Shown in pieces: positions 51,620 to 64,000 of a stretch of 64,000 bases of DNA. The stretch covers positions 35,082,322 through 35,146,321 of the forward strand of contig NC_052154.1 of assembly GCF_902713615.1 (NCBI RefSeq), written 5' to 3'. The notes beneath the pieces were generated by a model. It was given only the letters and a program-made list of their open reading frames with translations. It did not search any database and had not been told where the DNA came from. A program made the translations under genes and the position numbers. Position 1 is the first letter of the stretch. Every line of letters starts with the position of its first letter. This DNA is from Scyliorhinus canicula. Lineage: Eukaryota.

Positions 51620-52050
51620 AAGCAGAGGTTTAAAGGGTTAAACTATGAGATCAGGTTGCACTAAGCTTTCCCATTTGTTCCACAACATAAAATAAAAGTG
51701 GTGGTTTAATAGAGATGTTTAAACTGATAAAATAATTCATTTGGGTAGATAAAGCAAGATAATTTACTTTGGGATTGTATCAGTGTTAAGGTTGAGGGCA
51801 TTGCGAACAGAGAGACAGAATCTTAAAATATGCCAGTCCATTCAGGAGGGAAATGAGAAGCATTTGTTAACAAAGGGTAGTAGAAATCTGGATCCCCAAA
51901 AGGATCTGAATGCTGGATCAACTGAAGAGTTTTATTAAGTTAGGTATCAAGGGATCTAGAGCAAATACAGGAATGGGTTTGAGGTGCAGATCAACTATGG
52001 CGAAGTTGAATGATGGACAGATTCAAGTGGGTGAATGGCCTACTCCTGTT
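51620..52050 (+). mobile_element. Degenerate CR1 3' fragment
   Basis: GGTTTAATAGAGATGTTTAAA...AGGGTAGTAGAAATCTGG...GAATGGCCTACTCCTGTT. Confidence 0.6.
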
Positions 52051-53661
52051 AGGCTACTACGAAACCTGCAAACGACAGATCTTTGGTTGTCTGTGGTACG
52101 TATGGTGTTGTGCAAGTTGACTCAGCTCTGTATTTGTTACCACAAAAGAGAGCCAAATGAATTAACACATAATTGAAATAGCAAATATCCTGGATTAATA
52201 ATCCTCTCTGGGTTAATTTCAACACTCCCATAATTTCATAGACAGCAATTCTACCCAGATAGATCTCCCAAAGCTCACTGTTGAAAAGATAAATTACATT
52301 TGCTGGCATTCTTTTTAACCATTATTTCAACCTAGTGGTCAAAAACTCATTCCAACTACAGTGTGTCACAGGGAGGGAACCAATGCTACGGTTATCAAAA
52401 AGGTAATCTAAATAACGTATTGGAATTATTTGGTTAATATAGTGAGTAATGGCGTGCCTTAACAACTGTCTCAACATGCTTTCATAGCAACTTGATAAAT
52501 TCTACATTTATGGCAGCAAGATTTCTTTGATAAGTTTACCTTGTTAGCCTGTATATGACAGTGCTATAGATTATCGCCCAAAGTGCATGTTTGTCTTTAT
52601 ATTGAAGCCATGATAACTAACATTTTCAAATTGATGTGTCATAAACAGCTATTCTGCCACGTCATTAACTTTTAGATTATCAATACCAAAAGGATAACAA
52701 AATTATCACATAAATCAAAGATTCCAAATTTTTCTAATGAATTCTAAAAGTAACAGAAAACGTGAGATGCCAATTTTAAATTCTCATCTTCTCATGAACA
52801 AAGAAAGTTGATTGGAAATACAGCCTTCCTCCATGACCTTAATATTGTTATCAACTTATCATTTTGACAAACAAACCAGTACCAGGTGTAACGTACACAC
52901 TGCTTCCAAACTCCCCAACTCTAATCCCTGTCCTAGCTTAGATCTGATAAGTGTGCACTTCCCTTTTATACACGAGGGCAAAGTCTGGTAAAAACAAGCA
53001 GCCTTTTCTAGGGGCGTTTCCAAATAATTTTACAAAACGTGTTTTTTTTTTTTTAGAACATTCTTGTAATCTCCATTTATTCCTCTGCAACATCCAGAAG
53101 ACATTTTCAGTCTCCTCAATTCAGAAATACGGATTTAAAAAGCTAAACTTAAGAATCCTATTAAGGCTATCTCTACGCAGAAGCACATGATGTTGTATTG
53201 GGCGTGAAAACAGCCAGATATTTTAGCTCAAGTTTAGAGCCTTGCAATGTCTCAGTGTGGAGATGCAATTCATTGTGGAGGAAAGCCAATTACCAAATGC
53301 CTCCATTTGTTTTTTGGCTCATTCTTACACATTATTCATTTTAATTTAATCTGACATTATCAACATGTAGCTTCCATCCTAACTATTTTCATACCCTTTT
53401 TTCTTACTGTTGTTTCAAAACTACAACCTCAAACATTCTGAGAGCCCTTGGATGTTCCCAAGGGCAGTCATGAAATTATGTCATCCATTTCACCCAAGCC
53501 TCTTGGCATTTTATTTCACCTAAATCAAGATTGTTGCGTGACACAATTCTCTCACGCTACCTTGGATTGCTTGGGGCTGCCAGTGCAAGACTTGCATGCA
53601 TAGATGTGCAGCAGTGTGTACCATTTTCAAGATACACTGTAGAAAATCACCAAGGTTCCTC

Positions 53662-53760
53662 AGACCAAAAAGAAAATGCTGGAAAATCTCAGCAGGTCTG
53701 GCAGCATCTGTAGGGAGAGAAAAGAGCTAACGTTTCGAGTCCAATGACTCTTTGACAAAG
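53662..53760 (-). mobile_element. Penelope-like terminal fragment (second family)
   Basis: Reverse complement AAAGAGTCATTGGACTCGAAACGTTAGCTC...CAGACCTGCTGAGATTTTCCAGCATTTTC carries a hammerhead stem II plus GAAAC motif. Confidence 0.7.
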
Positions 53761-53878
53761 ACTTTGTGGTCCATATGGAAACCAATAAGATTAGCCAATG
53801 CATAATTACATTTCAGGAAGTGGGAAATATGTTGAAGAAAAGGGACTTCAAAACTGTAAATCTCAGAACGCATCCGCA

Positions 53879-54025
53879 CCTCATGGTTTTGAGCCCCTAT
53901 ATCAAATCTACTCTTAACCGTCTCTTTTGGGGAAACAACCTTGGTTTCTCCAAATTGTCTACATAACTCCCTCATTCCTGAAGTCATTCTTGTAAATCTT
54001 TTCTGCACTCTCTCTAATGCCATCA
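53879..54025 (-). repeat. 147-bp exact copy of 54736-54882 (CR1 RT fragment)
   Basis: Identical by eye over the whole length. Confidence 0.93.
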
Positions 54026-55305
54026 TTATTAGCCTAATAGACCGATTAGGCTATTCGATGCATGGTGTAGGACAGAGGATTCCAAATAATTGGCTCACTC
54101 CAACCACTTCTGAGAGTAGGAAAGCTTCTACAATTAGAAGCTGCACATTAATCTTACCCAACAGAATAAATTGTTGGGAAGGACTTTAAACTGGGGAAGC
54201 AGGAAGAGCGGAAGTGTGAATCAAGATGAGGAAAGCATATGAATGCAGCAAGAAACAATCTCAAATGTATTTACATGAATGCCAGGAAATGTTTTAAAAA
54301 TTAGATTAATAGTAAGTATGGCAAGTCGAGTGCTTACAGAAATTGCACTATTTGCTAAAATCTATCTAACAGTTGAGGGTGAGTAGAGAAAAAATGTGTG
54401 CGTATAGGAAAGGAAATAAAAGGGTGTGGTGGCATCTTCATCAGGAAAGTTTATACTTTGTAAGAGGAAGGAACTGGGAGTTAGCAGAATCTTTTGGTTG
54501 GGCGTGGAAGACACGGTTACAGCACAGAAGGCGCCCATTCAGCCCATCGTATCCATGTTGTTTCCTACAAGAGCAACTCACCTAGCCCATTCCCCTCTCC
54601 CAACCAGCCGCTGAGTAAGGCGGCTTTTCATCATGTAGCCATTTTTGTTTTGCTATTCGCCTTAAATTGATGTCTTCTGATTCGCAACCCCTTTTCCAAT
54701 GGGAGCAACTTCACCGCAACTACTCTGACAAGATCCCTCATGGTTTTGAGCCCCTATATCAAATCTACTCTTAACCGTCTCTTTTGGGGAAACAACCTTG
54801 GTTTCTCCAAATTGTCTACATAACTCCCTCATTCCTGAAGTCATTCTTGTAAATCTTTTCTGCACTCTCTCTAATGCCATCACATCCTTCCTAAAATGCA
54901 GTGCCAGCATTGGACTCCAGTAGAGGCTGCACCTGTATTTTGCAGAGATTCATCCAAACTTCCTTGTTTTTGTATTCTTAGGCCGAAGATCCTGTATGCC
55001 TTTTTAACTATTTTCTCAAACAGCCCTACTACCTTCAATTTGTGTATTTATACCCCCATGATCTCTCTATTCCTCTATCTACCTTACAATTATACCCTTT
55101 ATTTTAAACTGACTCTCCTCATTCTTCCTACCAAAACATATCACTTCACTCTTCTCTATATTAAGTTCTACCAGCCCACACCCACATGAAATCCATCACT
55201 ATCCTCACAGTCCCCAATATTTCCAGGTTTTGTGTCATCTGCAAACTTTGAAATGTTTAAATGTACAGGTGCACCCAAGTCTGGGCCACTAATATACATC
55301 AAGAA

Positions 55306-55469
55306 GTGGAGGTGCCGGCGTTAGACTGGGGTGGGTACAGTACAAAATCTTACAACACCAGGTTAAAGTCCAACAGGTTTATTTGAAATCACTAGCTTTC
55401 GGACTGCAGCCTCTTCATCAGGTGAGTGAACTGTTGGACTTTAACCTGGTGTTGTAAGACTTCTTGCTT
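55306..55469 (-). mobile_element. Penelope pseudo-LTR remnant with partial inverted copy and 11-bp TSD, inserted in CR1
   Basis: TSD TACATCAAGAA at 55295-55305 and 55470-55480; homologous to 37594-37798. Confidence 0.85.
55387..55429 (-). ncRNA. Minimal type I hammerhead ribozyme motif (Penelope-associated)
   Basis: Minus strand UCAC-CUGAUGA-A-(stem II, imperfect)-GAAA-GCUA-GUGA: intact core boxes, stem I UCAC/GUGA and palindromic AGCU stem III. Confidence 0.6.
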
Positions 55470-58385
55470 TACATCAAGAAAGCAATGGTCCTCATATTGA
55501 CCAGCAAGGCACCTCAATCCATACCTTTCTCCAGCCAAAAAATAACTGTTCACCAAAGTCATGTCTTTGTTCAGACTAACTGACTGGAGTTTGGGGAGGT
55601 TACACATCTGGTGGTTAAAAGTGAGACAGTGGATATTTACCTGGACTTCACTGTCCCCAAAGGTGTTTGCCATTGCCCTGCACAAGAGCTGATGGGATAG
55701 AGAGTGAAGTATTAAGCTGGACTGATAGATGATTGGTGGACATGGGGAGGTGCCAAGAGTGGAAAGAAACAATTTATTTTGCAAAAAGCTGGCATAAACA
55801 CAATAAACCCCAAATGGCTCGTGTGCTATAATATTGTACGGCTGTTGGAGGAATCACAGAACAGTCAGTGCTGGAGTCACTGTTTATAAACTTGCATAAG
55901 TCATAGTAAGGACATGATACTGGGTTCAAGTTTGCTGCTGATATCCATTGGAACCAATGTCCGAATATTCAAAGAGATCTAAACTGACTTGGTCAACGTA
56001 AAGAGGTGTGGAGGAAAAAGATAAATCACTGCAAAGCATAAAATCATGTGAATCGGTAGGTGACGTTAATGTGAAATATGTATTAAATGGTAATATGCTT
56101 GCGGTAACAAAGGAAACAAATGTGACGGTGAAATGGATAATTTGTTAAAATTGACACTTCATTCTTTTTCATCGCAGTAAACACGACGGAATGCATAGCT
56201 GAGGATGTAATTATAAGTTGAAGCTGTATACGTACAACTGTCAGCAGCATTCAGACTAGTAACCAAAAGCAAAATAGTCCGCATTTTCATATTTGGTCTC
56301 TGTATTAAAGGATAAAAGTAGAATTTTTAGAGGGGTCTATACAAGGCTGATTCCTGAACTTACGAGGAAAAATGTGCATGGCACATCGTTCTTTGGAAAA
56401 GATCGAGGAAGGCAGGAGAGATGGGAAATTTGAAGACGTCTTTAAAACTTTCACGGACAATGAGAATTTGCATCCAGGGGACGTTCTTCCATTTGCCACA
56501 CAATTGAGGTACATGGTTAAAAATGGTATTGGTCTTAAAAGAAAATAGGAAATTCAGTTAACTTCTTTGAAGTAGTAGGGTGATAGAATTGTAGAAAAGG
56601 TCAGCAGGTCATGGATCATTTAAAAAAAAACAATTCAATGAACTATTATCACAACTGCTTCAGGGTCATTCATTCCAAGATTGCAATAAGGGAACTGCTG
56701 GGTGGTTTGGTTTGTCTGGCTTACCATTCCAATGGTATTCCCCTGTTTGGCATATTATATTACTATATAGAACATGTTAGAAGTTTGATGTAATGATTTA
56801 TCTCTTGGTCCTCCAAACTGACTATTTGGGTTGTCACCTCTTTTTCACCCATCATGCCAATAAAAAAGAAAAAAACAATCAATGCATGTTTTAGCCCGCT
56901 ATCCCCCTACACACTACACACACCCCCCAAAAATCCAAGTCATGGCTTAAAATTTGTACAGGTAAAACACTATTGAACATCATACACATCGAGCATTCCT
57001 TTCAATTTGATTTCCGACTTTAAAATGCTGCACACCAAGATGACAGGTCTGAACTAGCACACACAGAAGATACACCAGAACATAAAGATAACAAAAATAT
57101 GGGATCTTTTACCGCCACATTAAAAATAACGTAAGAGGAGAGAAAAATTAACATTAATATGAACAAGAACTTGGAAAGCTGGACAACAGGTTAAATGTTC
57201 CAGATGCATTTGACAAATCAACATCGGAGGGCCCCTTTCAAAAGATTTTCCACTTATTAAAGTAATGAAAAATCACTAAATAAACACCAACTGAAGTAAG
57301 AATCAAGGGTAAGGATATACTTATTTGCATGTTGGTCTGATTTTAAAATAGCTGCATCCGAACTATGTAGGTCAGTCAATGCAGGTTGAAATGTAATAAC
57401 CCAACCAGAGAGGAAACAACATTGTCATAAGTAAATTGACCTTGTTCAGGAAACTGTGGAATCAAAGCTGTGTTAACCCTTGATCACATGCCCAAAATAG
57501 TGGAAAAAATAACAAATGAAAGACAATGCTAACACATCAAGACAATAAGGAAGGGATATACACTTGACTCTGGGTACGGGGGAATCATATGGAGAGTGTG
57601 CGTGCTGACTGCTTGAATTCCATGGACCATTTTAAATTAGTAAATTGAGATTCCTTGTTCTCATAATCCCATATCCACCGGTCCACATTTTTACATCTGT
57701 GCTCTTGTAGCCTTGATTTTTGCCCTTTGCTGCGGTATCAATATGTAGTTCTCTTCCCACACCTCTGCACCCTCCTCCAAATGGCTTATTTTACAAAACT
57801 GACATGCGTTGGGAATCTTAAATCTGGAAATGTTCTCACCTTTCTTCCACCCAGAAGAAGGCTTCCAAGTTTATGTAAAACAACTTTATTCTCTGATGTG
57901 AAAAGATAAGCTGTGCAGGTCAACATTCTTGATTGCTGCATGAAAAGGGAGGAAACCATCTTCTTAAAATAGAGTGGGTGGAAGGGAAACTTAATCACAC
58001 ATTAGGCTGGAAGGGTGATTCAGTCAGCCAGAGACATACCAGGTGACTTAGAGGAGGTGCACATGATTTTCTTTTTAAACACAACAAAGTTACATTTAAA
58101 TAAAGCACATTACCAGTTGTTTTTTAAGAAGTTGGACAAGTACAACCTACAACCTAATTTAATTTTTACATATTTAAAATAGAAATGTGATGTCTTAATT
58201 TAAGGCAGGAAATCAGAGGTAACAGATGGGACAATTGCTTCCTGACAGCAGAGTACGTTTAAAGTAATTAAATCAAGTTATCATTCCCAGGATAGCTGAA
58301 ACGAGGTTATACTTAAAAAAAAGTGGAAATCAGAAATTCCAATTTACCATAAAAGTAGGTTCAATTTAAATAGATTGTGAAATGA

Positions 58386-58540
58386 TTTGGAACTTGTGGG
58401 ATGAAACTGGAGCACCTGGAGGAAACCCACGCAGACATGGGGAGAACGCGCAGACACCGCAGTGACCCAAGTTGGGAATCGAACCCGGGTGCCTAGCGCT
58501 GTAAATCAACAGTGCTAACCACTGTGCTACCGTGCCGCCC
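58386..58540 (-). mobile_element. HE1-type SINE, 3'-truncated
   Basis: GGGCGGCACGGTAGCACAGTGG head and V-domain. Confidence 0.82.
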
Positions 58541-58719
58541 TATCCCAAATGACCTGAAAATTGTGGGGTTTGGATGATTTAGTTCACCAGGAAAACCTCA
58601 CCTACTTCGTTTCGGTGCTTTCTTTTCAATCTTGCACCAGATCTTTCCATCCTCAGAAATTCAAGAGATTTATTAAACACATTCTCAACAAGCAGTGGCA
58701 CATTCAATGCTCCACGTGG

Positions 58720-59520
58720 AAAATACCTCTCCTCACTCTTCCTACTAAAATGAATCATTTCACACTGCCCTGCATTAAATTTAATCTTCTACTCATCTGT
58801 CCGTTCCATCAGTTTGTCTGCGTCCTCTTGTCATTTAGAACTATCCTTCACATAGTTCACAGTCTTTCAAGGGTGTTCGGCATCTGCAAATTTTGGAAGT
58901 CTACTGTGGATACCCAAGTCTAGATCATGAATATGCATCATAAATAGCAGGGGTCCAAACACTAACCATGAAGAATCCTATTCCTATTGTATACTGTTAT
59001 GACCTGCTTGATTACTACTGGCTGGGAACTAATGGCAATCCCACAATCCTTAGTGAGTATGAGCTTCCCCAATGGGGGGGTCGAGAAATCATTAACACAG
59101 TCACCTGCATAAATAGAGCTGATTAGAGTGGAACCAGCTAGAGAGAGAGCAGTGGTGGCGTACCGCTGCTGTTGTTTTATATGTTATTGTAAATAAAGTT
59201 ATTTCTTTCGATCCTACAAACCCTTCACGGCCCTCACAAAATATACCTTCCTCCATCATTCACTACTACTGTTTCCCTCAATTCAGCCAATTTTGTATCC
59301 ATGTTGCCATTGTCCTTTTTATTTCATGGGTGGGCTCTAACTTTGCTCACAAGTCTGTATAACACTTTATTAAATGTCTTTTGACAATCAATGTACATCA
59401 AGTTAACCACATTACCTTCATCCACCTCATCACATCAAAAAACTCAAGTAAGTTAGTAAAACATAATTGAACAAATCCATGCTGGATTTCCTTCATTAAT
59501 CCATATTTGTACAAGAATGA
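58720..59520 (-). mobile_element. Degenerate CR1 RT fragment (host of the solo LTR)
   Basis: TTTGCAGATGCC (FADD-like), DVH/DFxKAFD-like and QHGF-like (CAGCATGGATTTGT) remnants on the minus strand. Confidence 0.6.
58995..59241 (+). mobile_element. Solo LTR with 5-bp TSD
   Basis: Starts TGTTATG, ends CACAAAA; TATAC on both sides; CATAAATA and AATAAA. Confidence 0.8.
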
Positions 59521-59549
59521 TGGGTGAATGGGAGTTAGGATACAAATAA

Positions 59550-60100
59550 TCAAGATTTAGATGAGCTGAAGTTTATTAGAGTAGGCGGTCGACTGCCAGT
59601 CATGAGGGTGTTGGAATAGTCTGGTTTAGCAATAATAATATGCATTATCGTGTGCCAGCAGCAAATGAGCGAAGGAAACAGTTGGATTTGGGTGATGGTA
59701 TGTAGGTGGTGTAAGCTGTCTTGCAAATTGTGTGGATGTAGTCGGAATCTCATCTTGGCAGGGGGGAGTAAGTGGGCTGTAAGCGGTCTGGTTCAGCATT
59801 AGACAGGTTGCCAGGGAGAGGGATCAAGTCCATGGCTAGCAAATGAAGTTTGTGGCAAAGTTGAAGAAAATGGTTTCAATCTTCCCAAAGTTTAGGTGGA
59901 TGGCAGAACTGGATGGCAGATAAACAGACTGACAAATTAAAGTAGAGGGGTGAGAAAGATGGTGGTTAGAGAAAGCCTGATGTCATTAGTATAGATCAGG
60001 AATCTAAAGTCATGTTTGTGGATGCTGTCACCAGGAAAATCAATTGTACATGAGAAATAGAAGGGATGGCCAAGGATAGATCTTTAGGAGAGACCCGAGA
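59550..60100 (-). mobile_element. L2-clade LINE RT fragment
   Basis: HTIMHIIIAKPDYSNTLMTG resembles the L2 motif LIHAFI.SRLDY.N.LL.G. Confidence 0.6.
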
Positions 60101-60866
60101 TAACACCCCAACCCCCCACCCACACCCGCCATGGCAGATTACCAAATAGCATGTGAAGGAAAAGGAGCATATTTGACAGCCCCATTTTCAAAGGTGAATT
60201 TGATCACAGGATGGTGCCCATTAAGGTGTGTAAGGAAATCATTATATGAAGCTGAAGCTGCAGATTTAAATATAAAAAATGTATAATCTATATTTCGGAA
60301 ATATACAAGAGGTAGGTAGGTGGTTAAGTGTTATTCCATCAAAGACACCTTTCTCATGGAACCCAACAAAGATGGTTGAGAGGGCTGGGCCAGGAGGGGA
60401 TCCTACGGAAATACCATATGTTTGGGCATGCAAGGTGTTGTTAAAACTGAACTGAACAAGTTGCTGAGTTCATAAGTTCAGTGAATACTGCAAGACGCAA
60501 TGGGTCTAGGTCACTATAATATAATGCTGCAGTGTAAGTCTCCAAGAATCGATCTAATGGATTTTTCCAAGCAGTCCACTCTGTATGGCAATAATTTGAG
60601 CCACAAAATTCTCTCCAGCTCAGATTCTCTTCTGCAGCCCCTTTCCTTGTATTGGCCAATTTTGACCATTATCCAGTTGCAAGCGAAACAGATCGGCAGT
60701 CCCAAATTTGCTTTCCAATTACCCAGAAATCCAGCTCTCCAACTCAGTTTGCTGACTGCCTCCTCTCTCTTTTTCTTTTGTCCCTCTGTCACATGACCAC
60801 CGTCTTTCAACTTCCTTCCTGTTGGCACAGCTTCCAGGTCGGGGGTCGCCAGATCACATGGGCTAT

Positions 60867-61192
60867 TAGAACATACAGTGCAGAAGAAGGCCATTCAGCC
60901 CATCGAGTCTGCACCAACCTACTTAAGCCCTCACTTCCACCCTATCCCCGTAACCCAATAACCCAATAACCCCTCCTAACCTTTTTGGACACTAAGGGCA
61001 ATTTAGCATGGCCAATCCACTTAACCTGCACGTCTTTGGACTGTGGGAGGAAACCGGAGCACCCAGTGGAAACCCACGCAGACACGGGGAGAACATGCAG
61101 ACTCCGCACAGACAGTGCCCCAGCAGGGAATCGAACCTGGGACCCTGGCGCTGTGAAGCCAAGTGCTAGCCATTTGTGCTACCGTGCTGCCC
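60867..61192 (-). mobile_element. HE1-type V-SINE
   Basis: Full head, V-domain and TGTATGTTCTA tail. Confidence 0.92.
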
Positions 61193-62289
61193 ACTGTTAT
61201 TTCCTGTTATTCAAAATTATAATTGGTCCCTTTACAAGTGATACAAATTCTTGAAAGTCCGTTGAAAATCTTTTCACAACAATTACAGATTCCCCAAACA
61301 TTTTAAAGTATTTATAATTTTCCTTCCTATTCCTGCTTCTGGGTCAAAGGCTTCACAATATAAGTAACTGAAGGGAACAGGAGCCATCACTATAGTGCAA
61401 GTTGCCAATTCTAACCCTTCTTGACAAACAGCACTGTGATGGCTTATTGGCCATATGTTGCTTTAATAGGGTGAAAAGTGCCATAGCTACTTTGGTGAGC
61501 GAAGAGGAAAATGGAGAGAAGCTTAGCATGTAGCCCTGCCAGCTCTGCTAAGATGGTGGAACGTTTTCAGCATTGTTCTGCATTCCAGAGAGTCAAGGAC
61601 TGGGAGTCAGTTTTATAACCCTAAAAGCGAGACAAGTGATCATTCTCAGTGACTTAGTAGCATCCACAGCAAGGAATTTTTTTGCTCCACCTTCAAAACC
61701 CTTCAGGGGGGCTTAGAGTACTGGCTTGAATAATGTTATGCATTCCTCTTGCCTGGCTTCGTTCCATGCCTTCCTTTCCTCTGGGCACTAATGGCGCTCA
61801 AGTGGTCAGAAAGAAATGCTGCAAAGTTGTTACAGAGTGAAATCAAAGAGTCAAGTACAGTCCCTCTCTTATTTGTCAGTCCCCCAATCTGCTGCAGACA
61901 GCAAAGGAAACGGCTGTTCTCTGTTAGTCACCAGGCTAAAATGTATTTTTTTAAAAAGTTTGCCACAGAATCAATTTCCTTGTGGTTTGTCCCATTCAAA
62001 TGCCATATCTTTGGTATAAATTGAGCTACTGCAAATTGCCAAAGACATGGTAGCAGAACTAAAGCCCCCACCCCCAGACAACATCACACCATGTAGTTCA
62101 GTTCCTTTCACCTATTTTATACTAGTTTATATTCCAATGAGTTGAAATAAGTGGATCTTGGAATCTTTGGGGAGTGTTTTCTCAAAATGCACTTGAAATT
62201 GCTTTGGCTAGAGTAGGCTTCAAGTTGTTGAAGTTCATTTGTATTTAAAATCTTCCATAAATAAGTGCAATTGCACATAACAGACACTA

Positions 62290-64000
62290 ACTGTGTGGTA
62301 ACACCCAAGAGACCCGCCCAGCGACCTGACCCGGAGCCGCCCTCCCAGCAGCCCGACCTACCTGGAGATGGAAGAAAGAAAAATCCACGTGGAGGCCCGA
62401 CCGGGCCTACTTCAATACCCAAACCCAGGGGTGCCTAGGGAGGGAACAGACCACGGGACCCAGCGCAACCTGCCTCAGGAAGCCCCTGCCCATGACCCAG
62501 GACCCCCAAAATGGCAGAGACCTCGCACGAGGACCCGAACGCGCTGCAAGGTATTCCCGTTCCCGCAGAACGCCGGACCTATCCGGATCGCAAACATGCC
62601 CCCCTAGCAACCCCTCTACCTCAACCAGTGCCCTGGTCCCCGCCAGCGCCCTGGACCCCGCCAGACGTAACCACCTACCTTCTCTAAGGTCAGACTTCTC
62701 CCATAGGTTCCCAGGATCATCCAGCCGCAGCTGCCAACTGAGGAAACGAGGGAAACGCGGTAGTCTGCAGGTCAGACTGAAGCAATGTGGTTTCAAGACC
62801 CCTCTCCCCAGCATACTCCTGGCAAACGTCCAAGCGATCGAAAACAAGCTGGATGAATTTAACGCCAGACTTGCCTCTCAGAGGGAAGTAAGAGACTTCT
62901 GTGTGCTCTGTTTCACAGAGACATGGCTCACCCCCGCCTCATCGGACTTTGCCATACAACCTGAAGGCTTCTCAATTCACCAGGCGGACTGCACTGTGTC
63001 ATCAGGCAAAGCAAAGTGTGGAGGGGTTTGCTTCCTCATCAACTCCTCTTGGTGCTTGGATGTGGCGATCCTGGCGATATACTGCTCCCCGGACCTGGAA
63101 TGCTTGACTGTGAAGTGCCGCCTGTACAATCTTCCACATGAGTTCACTTCAGCCATTATCACAGCGGTCTACATCCCACCCCAGGCAGAAGTGAGAAAGG
63201 CGCTGGATGAACTGTACATAGTTATAAACAACAACGAAACAGAACACCCGGAGGCCTTGTTCATCATGGCCGGAGACTTCAACAAGGCCAAACTCAAGAG
63301 TGTACTGCCAAAATTCCACCAGCACATCGCCTGTCCCACCAGGGGCGACAACACTCTTGGCCACTGCTACTCAAAAATCAAGGGCGCCTACCATTCCATC
63401 CCCTGACCACACTTTGAGAAATCAGACCATAAGACGGTGCTCCTTCTCCCAACATGCAAGCAGAAACTCAAGCGGTAGAATCCAGCTAAGAAGGTTGTGC
63501 AGTGCTGGTCCGAGAAAACAGAAGAGCTCCTACTTGACTGCTTAGAGACAGTGGACTGGTCCATATTTAAGAACTCAGTGACCAACTTAAATGAGTATGC
63601 CACCACCGTCACAGACTTCATCAGCAAATGTGTGGACGACTGCGTGCCAAAGAAAGCAGTACGTACGTTCCCCAAATGGAAACCATGGCTCAATTGGGAG
63701 ATTGACTCCCTACTGAAGGACAGATCGGAGGCGTTCAAGTCAGACGACCCTGACTTGTACAAGAAATCCAGGTACGACCTCCGCAAAGCCATCCGAGATG
63801 CCAAGAGAGAATATCAAACCAAGCTAGAGTAACGGACAGTCTCGGCGATTGTGGCAAGGACTAAACAACCTAACGGGCTACAAAGCGAAGCGAGCAGTAT
63901 CTCTGGAAGCAGCGCACCCCTCCCTGATGAACTCAATGCATTCTATGCTCGGTTCGAGCAGGTAACCAACAATCCATTGTAGAGTGCCCCAGCAGCCCAT
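62290..64000 (+). mobile_element. Rex1/Babar-clade LINE, 5' part (APE endonuclease and linker), running off the window
   Basis: LPSILLANVQAIENKLDE...VLCFTETWL, GGVCFLIN, AVYIPP, AGDFN, TLGHCYS, SDH and KPWLN motifs; premature stops at 63404, 63475 and 63830. Confidence 0.88.

Larger units (their letters stand above)
54515..55500 (-). mobile_element. CR1 LINE 3' fragment
   Basis: HFRKDVMALERVQKRFTRM and KFADD-like (TTTGCAGATGACACAAAA) motifs; tail near 54520. Confidence 0.8.

Noticed and set aside
1-64000. CRISPR arrays, operons or prokaryotic systems
   Set aside because: The sequence is vertebrate repeat-rich DNA; no repeat-spacer arrays or dense coding.

Overview
Eukaryotic (vertebrate) genomic DNA, almost certainly from a cartilaginous fish. 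HE1-type V-SINEs and CR1/HER1-type LINEs point to an elasmobranch, plausibly a catshark. No host protein-coding gene could be recognised, so the window reads as intronic or intergenic DNA dominated by transposable elements. Main contents: (i) a complete Tip100/ZMYM-type hAT DNA transposon (14187-18501; 14-bp TIRs, 8-bp TSD, frameshifted transposase, probable 5'-UTR intron) nested inside the Myb/SANT-like gene of a PIF/Harbinger element; (ii) a near-complete CR1 ORF2 (39411-42126) whose 3' UTR carries an embedded SINE module; (iii) a Gmr1-like Ty3/Gypsy element (integrase before RT, perfect tRNA-Pro PBS) truncated in RT by a local tandem duplication that copied about 1.3 kb of flank and left a second, solo LTR; (iv) Penelope-like elements with minimal hammerhead-ribozyme motifs, including a 78-bp-arm hairpin; (v) L1, L2 and Rex1/Babar fragments, solo LTRs with TSDs, and about 15 SINEs from at least three families. 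Most ORFs in the supplied track are repeat-derived or spurious.
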